The translations under genes and the position numbers were made by a program. This document shows positions 27,136 to 38,032 of a DNA stretch of 64,000 nucleotides, piece by piece; positions within the stretch are counted from its first letter, which is position 1; every line of letters begins with the position of its first letter. Under the pieces are notes generated by a model. That model saw only the letters and a list, made by a program, of their open reading frames with translations. It did not search any database and had not been told where the DNA came from. The stretch is from assembly GCF_038025025.1 (NCBI RefSeq), contig NW_027117344.1:1178001-1242000 (forward strand), given 5' to 3'. Source of the DNA: Phyllosticta citribraziliensis (lineage: Eukaryota).

Positions 27136-28536
27136 ATGTTGTTGCATGTGGCGGAGCTCGACCGAGTCAGATGCAGGATATTGCTTCGACGTCAACGCCG
27201 TCACCGGTTCTTCTCGACCAGCAACCCCTTCCCGTGCACAATGGTCTGTCTGGTGGGACGGCTATCTCCCAGGCCACAGGCAAGCGTGAGGACTCGGCGC
27301 CAGCAAGTTCGCCGAATCGGCTCCTCACCTCTATCCGAATTCATCATTCCTAAAACCAGTCGCCGCTCGATCAAACCTTTGCCACTACCGGCTGAGCTGA
27401 ACGAACCAGGAATGAACACACTTGCATGCGACTTGAACAAACCTTCCCGGGTCAAGTCTTCTCACATCGAGACGTCGCCGGCGTTCTACAGGTGGTTTCA
27501 AACAAAAGGCTCAGCTGCGGCACAGAGCCTTTTGAAGACGAATCTTTTCAAAGAGAAGGGAGGCACATCGCTGGTTCCGCTCGAGTACTTAGGCGTAGAC
27601 CCATCGAGTGGCAGTTTGACGTTCAAGCGTTTTCAAGCTCCCTTGGCCACGTTCGCCAGCTTCGTCGAGGCGCCCTCCAAGAATTTCAATCTCTACCTCG
27701 CGCAATGTGACTTCACCTCTTTTCCGAATAGCCTGCGAAAGGACCTCGACTTCTTCCCAAGATTTCTGAAAAAGTATTCGTCGGGCCGTCACGTTTATGG
27801 CCGCAATATTTGGATCGGTACTCCGCCGACATACACGCCGCTTCACCGCGACCCCAACCACAACTATTTCCACCAGCTTGCCGGCTCCAAAAAGGTCCGC
27901 ATCATGTCCCCTGACACGGGGCTAAAGGTTTACAGCAAGCACGTGGGCGATGAGGGCGACCCCAGAGGCAGAATCCGCACTGAAGAGATGATGGTTTCCT
28001 CGCAGAGACAGGACTTGTATCGGGCAGTTTGGGAAAACCAGGACCCCGACATTGAGATATTTGAGGGCCAAATCTCGAGGGGTCAGTCTCTGTTCATTCC
28101 TGAGGGTTGGTGGCACAGTTTCAAGAGTGAAGACATCAACTCGATTTCGGCATCGGTTAGTACCTCGGTCGCTTTGCTGAAATTCGAGCTTCTACATGAT
28201 ACTGATGAGTGGCGTCAGGTAAATTACTGGTTCCAATTTGACACCATCGCCAGAAGCGCCTTGAGAGATCTTGCGGCGCGTCGGGAAATTTGTGTGAAAC
28301 TGATGGCCCACATCACTCGAACGAAAAATCTTTCTTTAAACGCGCAGTTGGCGCAGATCAACTCGGTTGAGGACGAACAAGGCTTGGAACGTGGATCAAT
28401 CCTGGGCGACCATTATTGGGAAGTGCTGAAAGCTCGATCAGACTTTGTTAAGAAGAAGACGGCATGGGGATACCCCGAAAGGCGGTCGGAAGAGCTCCAA
28501 AGTCTTCATAAGAGAGGAGGCGCAAAGGCTTCATAA
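27136..28536 (+). CDS. JmjC/cupin-like domain protein (putative Fe(II)/2OG oxygenase), start codon uncertain
   Basis: Motifs LYLAQC, NIWIG...TPLHRDPNHN (HxD), QLAGSKKVRI, LFIPEGWWHS and VNYWF. Probable in-frame intron at about 28156-28218. Confidence 0.85.
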   Translation: MLLHVAELDRVRCRILLRRQRRHRFFSTSNPFPCTMVCLVGRLSPRPQASVRTRRQQVRRIGSSPLSEFIIPKTSRRSIKPLPLPAELNEPGMNTLACDLNKPSRVKSSHIETSPAFYRWFQTKGSAAAQSLLKTNLFKEKGGTSLVPLEYLGVDPSSGSLTFKRFQAPLATFASFVEAPSKNFNLYLAQCDFTSFPNSLRKDLDFFPRFLKKYSSGRHVYGRNIWIGTPPTYTPLHRDPNHNYFHQLAGSKKVRIMSPDTGLKVYSKHVGDEGDPRGRIRTEEMMVSSQRQDLYRAVWENQDPDIEIFEGQISRGQSLFIPEGWWHSFKSEDINSISASVSTSVALLKFELLHDTDEWRQVNYWFQFDTIARSALRDLAARREICVKLMAHITRTKNLSLNAQLAQINSVEDEQGLERGSILGDHYWEVLKARSDFVKKKTAWGYPERRSEELQSLHKRGGAKAS

Positions 28537-28707
28537 CGAGCCACATGATAGGCCCAAAGTCGGTTTCAACTGGAATGACAACTTCTGGCATTGCGGCTGT
28601 ACCCAGAGAGCTGACATTCACTATCGCAGTTGCGGGAGCTGTCGTCCACCACTGCATATAGACCCCGGAACTGTCATTCCTTTCAACACTCGAGCCGTGT
28701 CCAACAG

Positions 28708-30119
28708 TCAAGGCTTTCCAGCAAAAGCAAAGGGGCAACCGCTACGTCCTTGCGCCAGAAGCTTTGACTTTGTCTTATCAATCTCTGGCAGCCCTTTGCC
28801 TTCAAAAGTCTTTGGACCGACGCGCTGAATGTCAAATCCCTCCGACCCATACTTTCCGACACTAGGATAAGGCCGGCCGATTGCCCACCTGAACCATGCC
28901 TTTGGTCCCCAGCGGTTGAGGAAGGTGGGCTCCAAGTACCATGGCTCGTTTGGCCATTCCAGCAAGTATGTCTTGCCGTTCTTGTTGGGTTCCTCGGCAA
29001 TTCTCTGGAACCGCAGAAACCACGGACGAGGGAGCGCGAAATGGCGCAAGAAAAAGGCACGAATTCGAAAGGTCAAATAGACGTTCTTTTGGAATGTCGC
29101 TGATGGAGCGTCGTACCTAAATTCAATCAGCACCGAGCACATTTTGCACGTCAATTCACCCACATCATAGCCTTGCGAAGGCGATCGTCCATCAACGCCG
29201 ACACAACTTTGTACGCAAAGGGGTACATTGCCTTGGGCACATCCCACAGCAGAATGGCAGTGGTTTCGTCCGCCGTCTTCTTGTTGGCCACGTCCGGCAC
29301 CATGTCCGTCTCTTCATACTTTTTGGCCCACTCTTCAACCTCTTCCAACCAGTGCAGGCCATCGGTCCATCCACTGCCTGCACTCCTCAGCTCGTCGTAC
29401 GAAATCTCCATGGCATCGCCCATGCTCTTCCAGAAGGTGCCGAAGGCGCAACGCTCCAAGTCAGTCACCTTCCTCCACTCGCAGCGGTCAATCCAGCGCA
29501 CCGGTTCGAGCGCAAACAGCGCGAGCGTGTACAGCAAGTCGGCATTCGAGATTTTGCCGCTCGCCTGGTACATGCTGTGGATGTAGTTCATGCGGGCAAT
29601 GGCCGTGTTGGCGCGCTCGGAGCCCGGCGCAAACGACATGAATTCGCCGATGATGACCTCGGTGTCAATGTAGCGCTTGGGCGCGTGCTCGGGCGTCGAC
29701 AGCTGCTTGGTCGCCAGCAGCAGCCGGCTGATGGACGGGATGCCATAGGTGCGGAACAGCGCAAACTCGAGGGCCTTGTTGGTCACAAACGGGAACTCGA
29801 GCTCGTACAGGTACTTTTGGATCTCGAAGGCGTGCTCGGTCGTCATGTGGCGGTAGTCGGCGCGCGTGCGGTACGGATATGAGGCCAGCTTCTTGCGCGT
29901 GCGTCGGAAGCGCAGCGCGTGGCAGAGGACGATGTAGCCGACGAATGCTCCCGCGGCTGCGCGTCGTGGATGCTGTCTGGCCAACGCAAGGAGCGTCTCG
30001 AGATACGGTTCCGCTTTGTTGGCGAGGCCCTGGAGACTTGCCATTGCTTGTGTTGCTGCTGAAGACAGCGCTTCGGAAAAGGATGCTGAAGCTTGCGCCA
30101 TGTTGGTGGGAGCGTTCAT
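28708..30119 (-). CDS. MpaB-like ER-bound oxygenase / rubber-oxygenase-fold protein, 2 exons
   Basis: Motifs LEFP..KALEFALFRTYGIPSISRLL, KRYIDT, AIARMNYIH, ISNADLLYTLALF, GTFWKSMGDAMEI, PWYLEPTFLNRWGP and a C-terminal GCPF. The N-terminal hydrophobic segment fits a membrane anchor. Confidence 0.85.
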
Positions 30120-30990
30120 TCACTGCTATGGTTGCGCCTCTGGAGTTGTCGTCCACGAATAAATTGTCCTCGGCGCGCAGCAGTCAGGCTCGAAGAAATA
30201 TAGCAGCAGGTGCCTCTCCCCTCCTTTTTTTTTTTTTATCTACCGAGTACCGAGCTCTTTACTATTGTCCCAAACCCCTCTTTCTCCACTCGGAGCGGCA
30301 AAGATTACGTCCAAGGCTTTTGGCGCTCTCAGCCTGGCGGGCCTAAACAGCAGCTCGACTTGTTACCGGCGGTATCAGAGCACACGAGACGTCGTTCGCG
30401 ACTCGGGAGACGGCAGGAGACAATCCCGGGCGACGGGTCGGCGCGTGGACCTTCTCGGTGGATGCGGGCGCTAGCCGTTTGCAGCAAGGTGGTGGGCTGC
30501 CTGGGCGGCCGGGTGGGCGATGAGGAGGAGGTGGAGGTGCTTCGTGGTGTGGAGGGGAGCGGAGGCGCAGAAGACCTGATCGTCTTCTTCATATAAAGCA
30601 GAATCCGGAGGGAGGAGCTGAGTTGATAAGGTGAAGAGGCGTCGTGTCACACGGACCCGACGAATCGAGCGGCCAATGTCGTAGGGTTTTCGACCTGGAA
30701 AAGCCGGGGAAAGCGGCCAAAGGGCGGCCATGCCTCTGCTGGCGAGGCACGCGGCGCGTGGCATCTTGGTCCCCTTTGGACGTTGAAGTCTGGCCGTCTT
30801 GGTTGGTCTCTTTTGGCGAGGGATATCAATTGCGCGGCCGCCCATTGGCCTGGCAAGTTGGCCCCCAGGCACCCGACGGCGTTTGCGCTCGATGCGGCCT
30901 GGTCTGGGTCTGCTCCCTCTGCGAAAGGCTGGACTATTGGACCCTCGAGCGTACGCACGTCTGCAAAACGTGCGTCGGCGCAGGGTCCTC

Positions 30991-31110
30991 GTTGGGGGCA
31001 ATAAAGAAAGGCGACGACTGTTCTTTACCTCGGCGTCACTGTAACAGCAGATGACTGCTCCATAGGCGCGACTATGACAGTCAACGATGTCTCACTCCTT
31101 TCAGTTTCCC
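30991..31110. mobile_element. Degenerate MITE-like copy
   Basis: CTGTAACAGCAGATGACTGCTCCATAGGCGC (near 31040) is the near reverse complement of GCCTTAGGAGCAGTCATCTGCTATTACAG (near 44867). Weak TIR-like ends. Confidence 0.5.
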
Positions 31111-31593
31111 TTTTTCTTCTGCCTCTCTCTTCACGGCGCAGGCCTTGGAGCATTCAAACCGGCGGCGGGTTCTTGGTAACCCCCTCCGCCCATGCAGGAA
31201 ATACGCATCTACCAATTCATCAGGCTCTTTGAAGGGTAGACGAGTCATTTGCATGTGATCCCTTGTCTTGATGAAGTCTTGATGAAGAATGAAGAGCTTA
31301 GCGAGCGTGAGAGGTGCCAGAGCGCTGGGCCGCCGTCGTCGTCGGGGCATTAATCTTCAAGGCCGGAAATTTGAACTATGTTATTGGCAGGACCGATTGC
31401 TTGGCCTTTCAAAGAATCGCCCGCATCTACCTCAATCTCTTGAGCGCAGTCGACGATCACATGGAACGACTGCAATCAGGTCCTTAAATGGCGTGAGTGA
31501 GAGACATGCTGGAGATTGTGCCTTGTGGGTGGAGTTATGAGTCTCTGCATTGAAAGTATATATTTTAATTGAGCATGCTTGGTTTCAACAATA

Positions 31594-31665
31594 AGCTGAA
31601 TGGCGCAGCGGAAGCGCGCCGGGCTCATAACCCGGAGGACAGTGGATCGAAACCACTTTCAGCTA
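31594..31665 (+). tRNA. Initiator tRNA-Met (CAT), intronless
   Basis: Acceptor stem AGCTGAA/TTCAGCT (A1:U72), A-box TGGCGCAGCGG, anticodon arm CCGGG-CTCATAA-CCCGG and T-loop GATCGAAA typical of eukaryotic initiators. T5 Pol III terminator at 31679-31683. Confidence 0.97.
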
Positions 31666-32629
31666 CTCGAGAATTGTCTTTTTGCGTTTCAACAGACCGG
31701 CGTTCGAGTCGCTTTTGCCACGCTCGGCTCTTTTTTTAATATTTTTTTTATTTAGTCTTTGAATTATTCCGTTGTTGCTCATCATGATGACATCAGTCAA
31801 CAAAGCCGCACAGAACGCCACGTGCCCTTGTTACTTTGACAAGGCTCGTGCTTTTGCCTGATGCTCGTCTCACGAAGCACCAATCATTCGATGTTGTGCG
31901 ACTTCGAGCGCTGGTACCGAGGCAATTTGTATGAAGGAGACTCATATTTCAAAATATTTATTTGGACTTTAGTTCAACTCCACCGCAAGCCCGTCGGCCC
32001 CAAACAGCAGCTATAGCTGCGAGGCAAAACTGTCACCAAGAACTGGAAACCCCGAAACTAGAGCCTCATTGCCAGAAGAGAGGCCTCGCAAAGCAGACAT
32101 GAAAAATCACGCCTCCATCTAATCGTCTGCGCACCTGCCGTACGAGTCCGCAGCGGCTGTAGAAACAAGCAGTAATGGGAAAGAAAAGAGACGAACTGGA
32201 ACCCACATGAAATCAAGACCCGACTTTTTTCAAAATGTCATCGGGTACTTGGAAACGCCTCAAACGCCTTGCCCTCGAGACCCCAGTTTGTTTGTGCTCC
32301 TTCAATTGAAATGCATGCCGTGGGGTGTTAAATACGCTCAAAGCGGGTATACGTAAAATGGACAAATGAATGCAAACAATTTGATCTCCGTCGCCGCACT
32401 GTCAATGCTCGGGAGTCGTTATTTTGGTGTGGACTTTGGCAAGAAGCTGCGTAGCCCGTGGCAGATTTAGCCCCGTCCGCCGAGACCGCAAGTGGTGGTA
32501 ACCAAACCATCCATACAGAAACGCTCCTCATGCCGTCGCACGCTCCGCAGAGCAAGCGCCCAGGCGTGGAGCCATGCAGAATGGTAAGTCCCAGAGCAAG
32601 TGCTGTGGTGCCCGATTGAGAGGGTTTCA

Positions 32630-34062
32630 TCATTGCCTGACGCCGACCATGCCGACGTTGTAGCCAACATTGGAACTTCCGCGGCGTTCGTTGAACCCGA
32701 GAGGACTGCCAGCATTAAAGTCCTGAGATCCCAAGGATGATTAGTATGAGATCCAGGCAATCGTGCTGGCTCCAAGAAAATGCAGAAGCCAGAAACAAGG
32801 AACGTGGACGCCTCATACCTTTCGACGCTTCTTCTTGTTGGCATTGCCGCGACCATCGTCTTCAGCGCCTGTTGAATCGGCCAAATCATCGTCTGCGAAT
32901 CCCTCGCCGTAACCTTTGAAGCTCGACTCCACGTAGCTGCGCTTTTTGCCAAGACGTTCAGGGCGGAGGACTGAGGGCTTTGCCGCGCCGGAAGGCCTCA
33001 AGGCTGGAGAGGACGTGGCCGAATTTCGGCCCTGCATGGAGCCTTGGCCAATGCGAGCTTTTTTCGCAGCGTTGTCCAGCAACTCACCACCAGGTCGCTT
33101 GAGAGAGGTCTCATCTGTGCCAATCCGTGACTTCCACTTGGTCTCCTCGCTCGGGGGCAGTTTTCCAGGCGTCATCTTAAGTGCTTTGTTGAGTTTGTCC
33201 ATCAAAGGATTCACTCCGCGCTCGAGTTCCTTGCCATGAACTCTTTGAGCGTGCCACTCTTCATCGGGCATTTGCACCAGAGACAGCAACTGGTCTTCTC
33301 TTGCCTCGGGTTTGCTCTTGCCACCCGACAGTTTGAACTCTTTGACGTAGCCCTCGTAAGATTTGCGAAGCTTGTGCAGCTTCTCGCCAGTCTGCAGGTG
33401 GAACCGAGCAACGCTGTTGGTGATGTCGTCTAGGCGGTAGAGCGACACCAGGTTCTGCGAAACATGAGGCCGCGAATATGAGTACGCTACCCGCGAGCCA
33501 CTGTTAACAAACGTCTGGGCAAATTACAGCACGACAGCAACGTGGGGACCTTACGAGTCTCGCTGAGCTTGTAGAAGCCGGGACCAGCACTTGGCTGGCC
33601 CGAGCCAACACCATCGCTCGTGGATGAGCCCGTGCCTGTCCGATCGTGACCTGTGTGCTGGTGATGGCCGTCGCCGCCAGAGGCGATTTGACACTGTGCA
33701 GCGCTTTCCACACCTTCCATTTTGTCATCTGTTTGGCGCGACTCGCCATCCTCGCTCTTGGAAGCAAAGGAAACGCCGAACGTGCTGGACGGCGTCGGGA
33801 AGACGTTGGGGACGAGGTTGAAGGAGGCAGCAGTGGGCTGCTGGGTCGATTGCGACATGTTTGCCGACGAAGGAGGCGTCAAGCCTTGGTCCTTTGCTGT
33901 CGTGGAGGCGGTTGAATCATGGGACTGACTCTGGCTGAAGGAAGACATGTACGGTGGTGACGTCGGCGTGTTTGGCTGGCGGTGCAGGGTCGTCGAAGAG
34001 GGCTGCTCTGGCTTGACGAGGTGGTATGGAGGCGAGGCAGGCGAGAAGGACGACTCGGACAT
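32630..34062 (-). CDS. MED19: Mediator subunit Med19/Rox3, 3 exons
   Basis: Motifs PHVSQNLVSLYRLDDITNSVAR..GEKLHKLRKSYEG, RPERLGKKRSY.ESSFKGYGEGFADDD and KKKRRK. Ser/Pro/Thr-rich N-terminus. Confidence 0.88.
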
Positions 34063-34265
34063 GGACGCGCGGGTCGCAAGAGGTGGAGGATGGGTGTTGC
34101 AGAGCGCGGGTGGCAGAGGGGTCGGCGTGTAGGGCGGCGACGCAGGCCACGGTGCTGCGGCTCTTTATTTCATCGGCCGGATGAGTCGCTTCGAGAGTGT
34201 TGGGAGGGTGGAGCAAGAGCCGTGGTAATGGCGGACGCTGGCTGGCCGTGGTTGTGGACGTGGAC

Positions 34266-34420
34266 GTGGTGGTGGTGGTGGTGGTGGTGGTGAAGGGCGG
34301 TTGAGGGCAGGGCGTGGTTGGCGGCGGAGAAGGAAGTCGCAGTTCTGCGAAGGAAGGGCTCTGCCTGGGCCGTGGGTGGGCTGGCTGGCTGGCTGGCTGC
34401 TGGCTGCTGGCTGCTGGCTC
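34266..34420. repeat. Microsatellites (GGT)n and (GGCT)n/(GCTGGCT)n in the MED19-RAD10 divergent promoter
   Basis: Visible tandem GGT run at about 34266-34291 and GGCT/GCTG run at about 34379-34418. Confidence 0.85.
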
Positions 34421-34605
34421 GTCCGGGCTGGGCGTTCCGGCCTTGGCCCGTTCCCTTGTCCACCACCTCCACCACCACCACATCGCCGTCCCATCCCTCC
34501 CGCGCCACGCTTCTCGCGTCCAAAACCCTGCAACTAATTCATCGCACGCGTCTCCGTCCCCTCCGACAACCTCCATGCCAAGCTGCAACCTCCCCTCCCC
34601 CAGAA

Positions 34606-35789
34606 ATGGCCCATGAAGCCCCCAGGGTGCAGCAGCCCAAGCCCCAGGCTCTGGCTTCGCGCAACACCCCGTCCTCCATTCTAGTTTCGCCCCGTCAGAG
34701 AGGCAATCCCATTCTCAACAGTATTCGGTAGGCCGCATCGCCATGGTTCAAACCAGACGTCACGTCCACTGAACGGAATCAACGCAGAGCTGTACCATGG
34801 GAGTATTCGGATATCGTTCCGGACTACACCGTGGGGGCCACGACATGTGCTTTGTTCCTCTCTCTCAAGTACCACGCCACGAGCAATGCAATGCTGTGAT
34901 ACTAACGCCAAGCAGGTACCATCGGCTGCATCCCGAGTACATTTATTCGCGAATCAAGGCACTGGCCGGCAAGTACAACTTACGCATTCTGCTCGTCATG
35001 GTCGACATTGAAAATCACGAAGAGTCTCTGAGAGAGCTCTCCAAAACATCCTTGATCAACAACGTCACCATCATGCTTTGCTGGAGTGCCCAAGAAGCCG
35101 GCCGCTACCTAGAGCTCTACAAGACGTATGAACACGCCGCGCCGACAAGCATCCGCGCTCACCAAGCGACCAACTATTCGGAGAAGCTAGTCGAATTTAT
35201 CACGACCCCTCGAAGCATCAATAAAACGGATGCTGTCAGTCTCGTCTCAAACTTTGGCAGTCTGAGGACTGCCATTAACGCCCACCCTGAAGAAGTCGCC
35301 CTGGTTGCCGGCTGGGGAGACAAAAAAGTCCAACGCTGGTGCAACTCTGTCCGCGAACCATTCAGGAATCCCAAGGCTAGCAAAAAGGGCAAAGCAAACG
35401 ATGCAGTGCCCCTGAATCCCGCACGGCAACAAACCCAAAAAGATTTGCCGGATCCAAGGGTTGCAGCTCGTCTTGGAATTGGATCCCAGGTACCTTTGGA
35501 AAACGAATCGACGACAGCCACGGATGCATCGAGACAGACTTCTGAGCGCCCTCCCGCTGCAGCAGCGGCATCGAATGCTATCGTCGAACCGGGTGAGGAT
35601 GAGGAAGAAGCTTTGCTCGAGGCTCAATATGGTGTGGCGCCGAAGCCAAGCGCTCCTACTTCCAAGCCTAGCGCCCCGAGCAACATGGCTGCCCCTAGCA
35701 ACGGCAGCAAAACCAACAACAAGAGAAAGGCGGACGAGCCGCTTAGCGAAGGCATTGAAGCCGCGCTGGCCAAGCTGAGGAACCAGTGA
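34606..35789 (+). CDS. RAD10: ERCC1/Rad10/Swi10 excision-repair endonuclease subunit, 3 exons
   Basis: Motifs [17 protein letters not shown]/..[49 protein letters not shown] and [18 protein letters not shown]. Confidence 0.94.
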
Positions 35790-36078
35790 TGAGACATATT
35801 CAATTCGCACCATGCCAATAATCTGCAAAAACCTTGCCGGCCCAGGGATATTAAACAATGACGCCGCCGACGTAAACGCTCAAACCTGGATTCAATCAAA
35901 ATCGCATCACAGACGCTCGGTGTCCAAAGTTGCGGCAAATCCAATGTCAATCTGGAGGGTAGACTTGGCAGGAGTCGGGAGCATTCATGAGCATTCATGA
36001 GCATTCATGCATCCATGTGGGAGAGCCATGGGGAGCTCTCGAGTCTTGCCACGACTTTGATGACCAAGCCTCGCACGC

Positions 36079-38032
36079 TCAGAAATTGAGCGCCAGATTG
36101 TCAATCGCCAGCCGGACATGCTCGACGCTCTTAGCACACAACCTGCTCTCCGGCTGCACCTGGAACACGTGGGCCGCATGTTCCCCAAACATCCTTTGCC
36201 GCATCCGATGCAACTCGGGATTTTCGTGCCACCTGCGCTGCCTTTCCTCAAGGCTCGCTACAATTCCGTATAGTGTCCGTTCCCCCGGATATCGAGGCGA
36301 CCCAACAACCTGGTCTCTGAGCGCCTTGCGCACAAAAGCCCGCCAGTCTGGCCCGTTCATTTCCATGTTGAAGCGAGCAGGGCAGTCAGGTGTGCCTGTG
36401 TGCATGTGCATTGGCATCTCAGCATCGGCCATGGCCAATGCCTTTGTTGCGCCAGCCGCTTCGACGCGAGCGGCCTCGGCATCAATGGCAACCAGCGTTG
36501 CGCGTAAGCTTTCGACGACGCTGAGGAGGAGGCTGATGAGCATGTGGAAGTTCTGGGTGGCGGTGACCGGCCGTTTTGGGCATTGCGGGCAAGGAAGGAC
36601 TGTGGCGATTGTGTTGATGGCGGAGCGAAGCGTGGGCAGAACGAACGGGAACTCGTGGCTGGAGAGCGAGTGAAGCGACGTAAGGGTGAGGTACATGGTG
36701 GAGAGGCAAGCACACTGCGGCTGCAGCGGCGGCGCAATGAGAGGCTGTTCGTGATGTGGTGCAGGCAGCGGCGGCGTATGGTAAGAGGAAGAGCCGTCTA
36801 TCGACAAGTCTTGTCGTTGCACACCATGTCAGCAAAACGACTCTAAGCCATCCAAAAAGCAAACTTACTTCTCGAACACGTCCCAGATCCCCCAGCGCTT
36901 GTGCCCTCGTGCGAAAACTGCCCACTGTGACTGTGGCTTAGACTCTGCTCGAACAGTGTCCCCTGGCTGGCGCCCTCGGCCACCCCTCCAGCATCGTCGT
37001 CACCAAACACGCCCAATATCGGATCCAGCGAGAAGCCGGGCTCCAGCTCGAACACGTTCCCAAACCCCGTCATGCCACCTCCTGCTGCGTCTGCCACTGC
37101 CACGTCCGTGTCGAAACTGAAGCCCTCAAACCCGGAGTACATCATCGCGCTGCTGCTGCTCGCCGGAATGCCGCTGCCAAAGCTTCCACCCGCCGCCAGC
37201 GCTTCAAGATCCTGCTGGCTCACCGCCGGTGGTGTCGACGCAAAAGTGCCGTGTTGCCCGTTGATGCCAGTTCTTCCGCTGCCCAGGGGACCCATACGTC
37301 CTATGGAGTCGGGCGAGGTCGTTGCGGCCGCGACATCGTTGATCATGAGAGGATTGCTACTACCACTGGCACCGCCGCCACAGTGGTGATGTGTGGGCGG
37401 GAGCGGTATGGAGGAGGCATCGTCTCTTCGCCGTTTGCGCGGCCGGCCCATCTGCTTCTGCGGCGAGTAGACGCAGGTGATGCTTTCGCGGACGCAGCGC
37501 CCGCAGCGCGGCTTGTCGCCTGAGCATTTGAGCTTGCGGTGACCTGAAAATCGAGCGTCAGTTAAAAAGGACAATGTTGAGGGTGGTTGGAACGAGGAAA
37601 AGAGTAGGAGTGTTGACTCGGAGATGCGGTCACAAGCACACCCAAAGCAGAAGGTATGACCGGAGAATAGGCGACAAACGGGGAGAGCTAAGTTGACAAA
37701 AAGGGCGAAGAGGGCAGAAAGCTGAAAATAGATGCCCAGAGATAATTCCCGTAGTCTCTCGGAGAATTGAGAGGGGATCAGCATTGGAATCCTGGTTTCG
37801 TCACGAAACAGCTGGGACTGCAATTCAACCCCACGCTCTGGGCTGCTGCAGAACGCCTCTTGTTCCACTGATCTTCTGAGCAGCCTCGAAGATGCATGCA
37901 GAACCGGGATGACGGTGAAGGAAAAGGTGCACACTTACGGCACTCATCGCAGGCGGCATGCCGCTTGACGTCTGGCTGCTGGAGACTGTTGAGCTGGTTG
38001 GTAGCAAGCTGTCGTGCTTCTTCGACCTGCAT
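36079..38032 (-). CDS. Zn(II)2Cys6 fungal transcription factor, 3 exons
   Basis: ACDECR/HRKLKCSGDKPRCGRCVRESITCVYSPQKQMGRPRKR is split by intron 37938-37544. C-terminal domain includes CACLSTMYLTL..CPQCP. Confidence 0.92.

Noticed and set aside
30329..31350. Cluster of minus-strand ORFs (87-176 aa) upstream of the MpaB-like gene
   Set aside because: There is no recognisable domain or consistent splice model, and the region is partly overlapped by a repeat remnant.
31783..31864. Possible box C/D snoRNA (ATGATGA ... CTGA) downstream of the tRNA
   Set aside because: It has only a short terminal stem and no rRNA-complementary guide I could recognise, and such motifs occur by chance.
35980..36010. 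GAGCATTCAT x3 between RAD10 and the Zn2Cys6 gene
   Set aside because: It is a short local duplication with too weak a resemblance to the MITE internal motif to assign.
37544..37938. Open frame through the Zn2Cys6 gene intron (ORF 36843-37934)
   Set aside because: Canonical GTAAGT..CTAAC/TTAAC..CAG signals are present, and the intron must be removed to rebuild the Cys6 cluster.
26370..38032. JmjC, MpaB-like and Zn2Cys6 genes considered as a secondary-metabolite cluster
   Set aside because: There is no backbone enzyme, and these genes are interspersed with core housekeeping genes.
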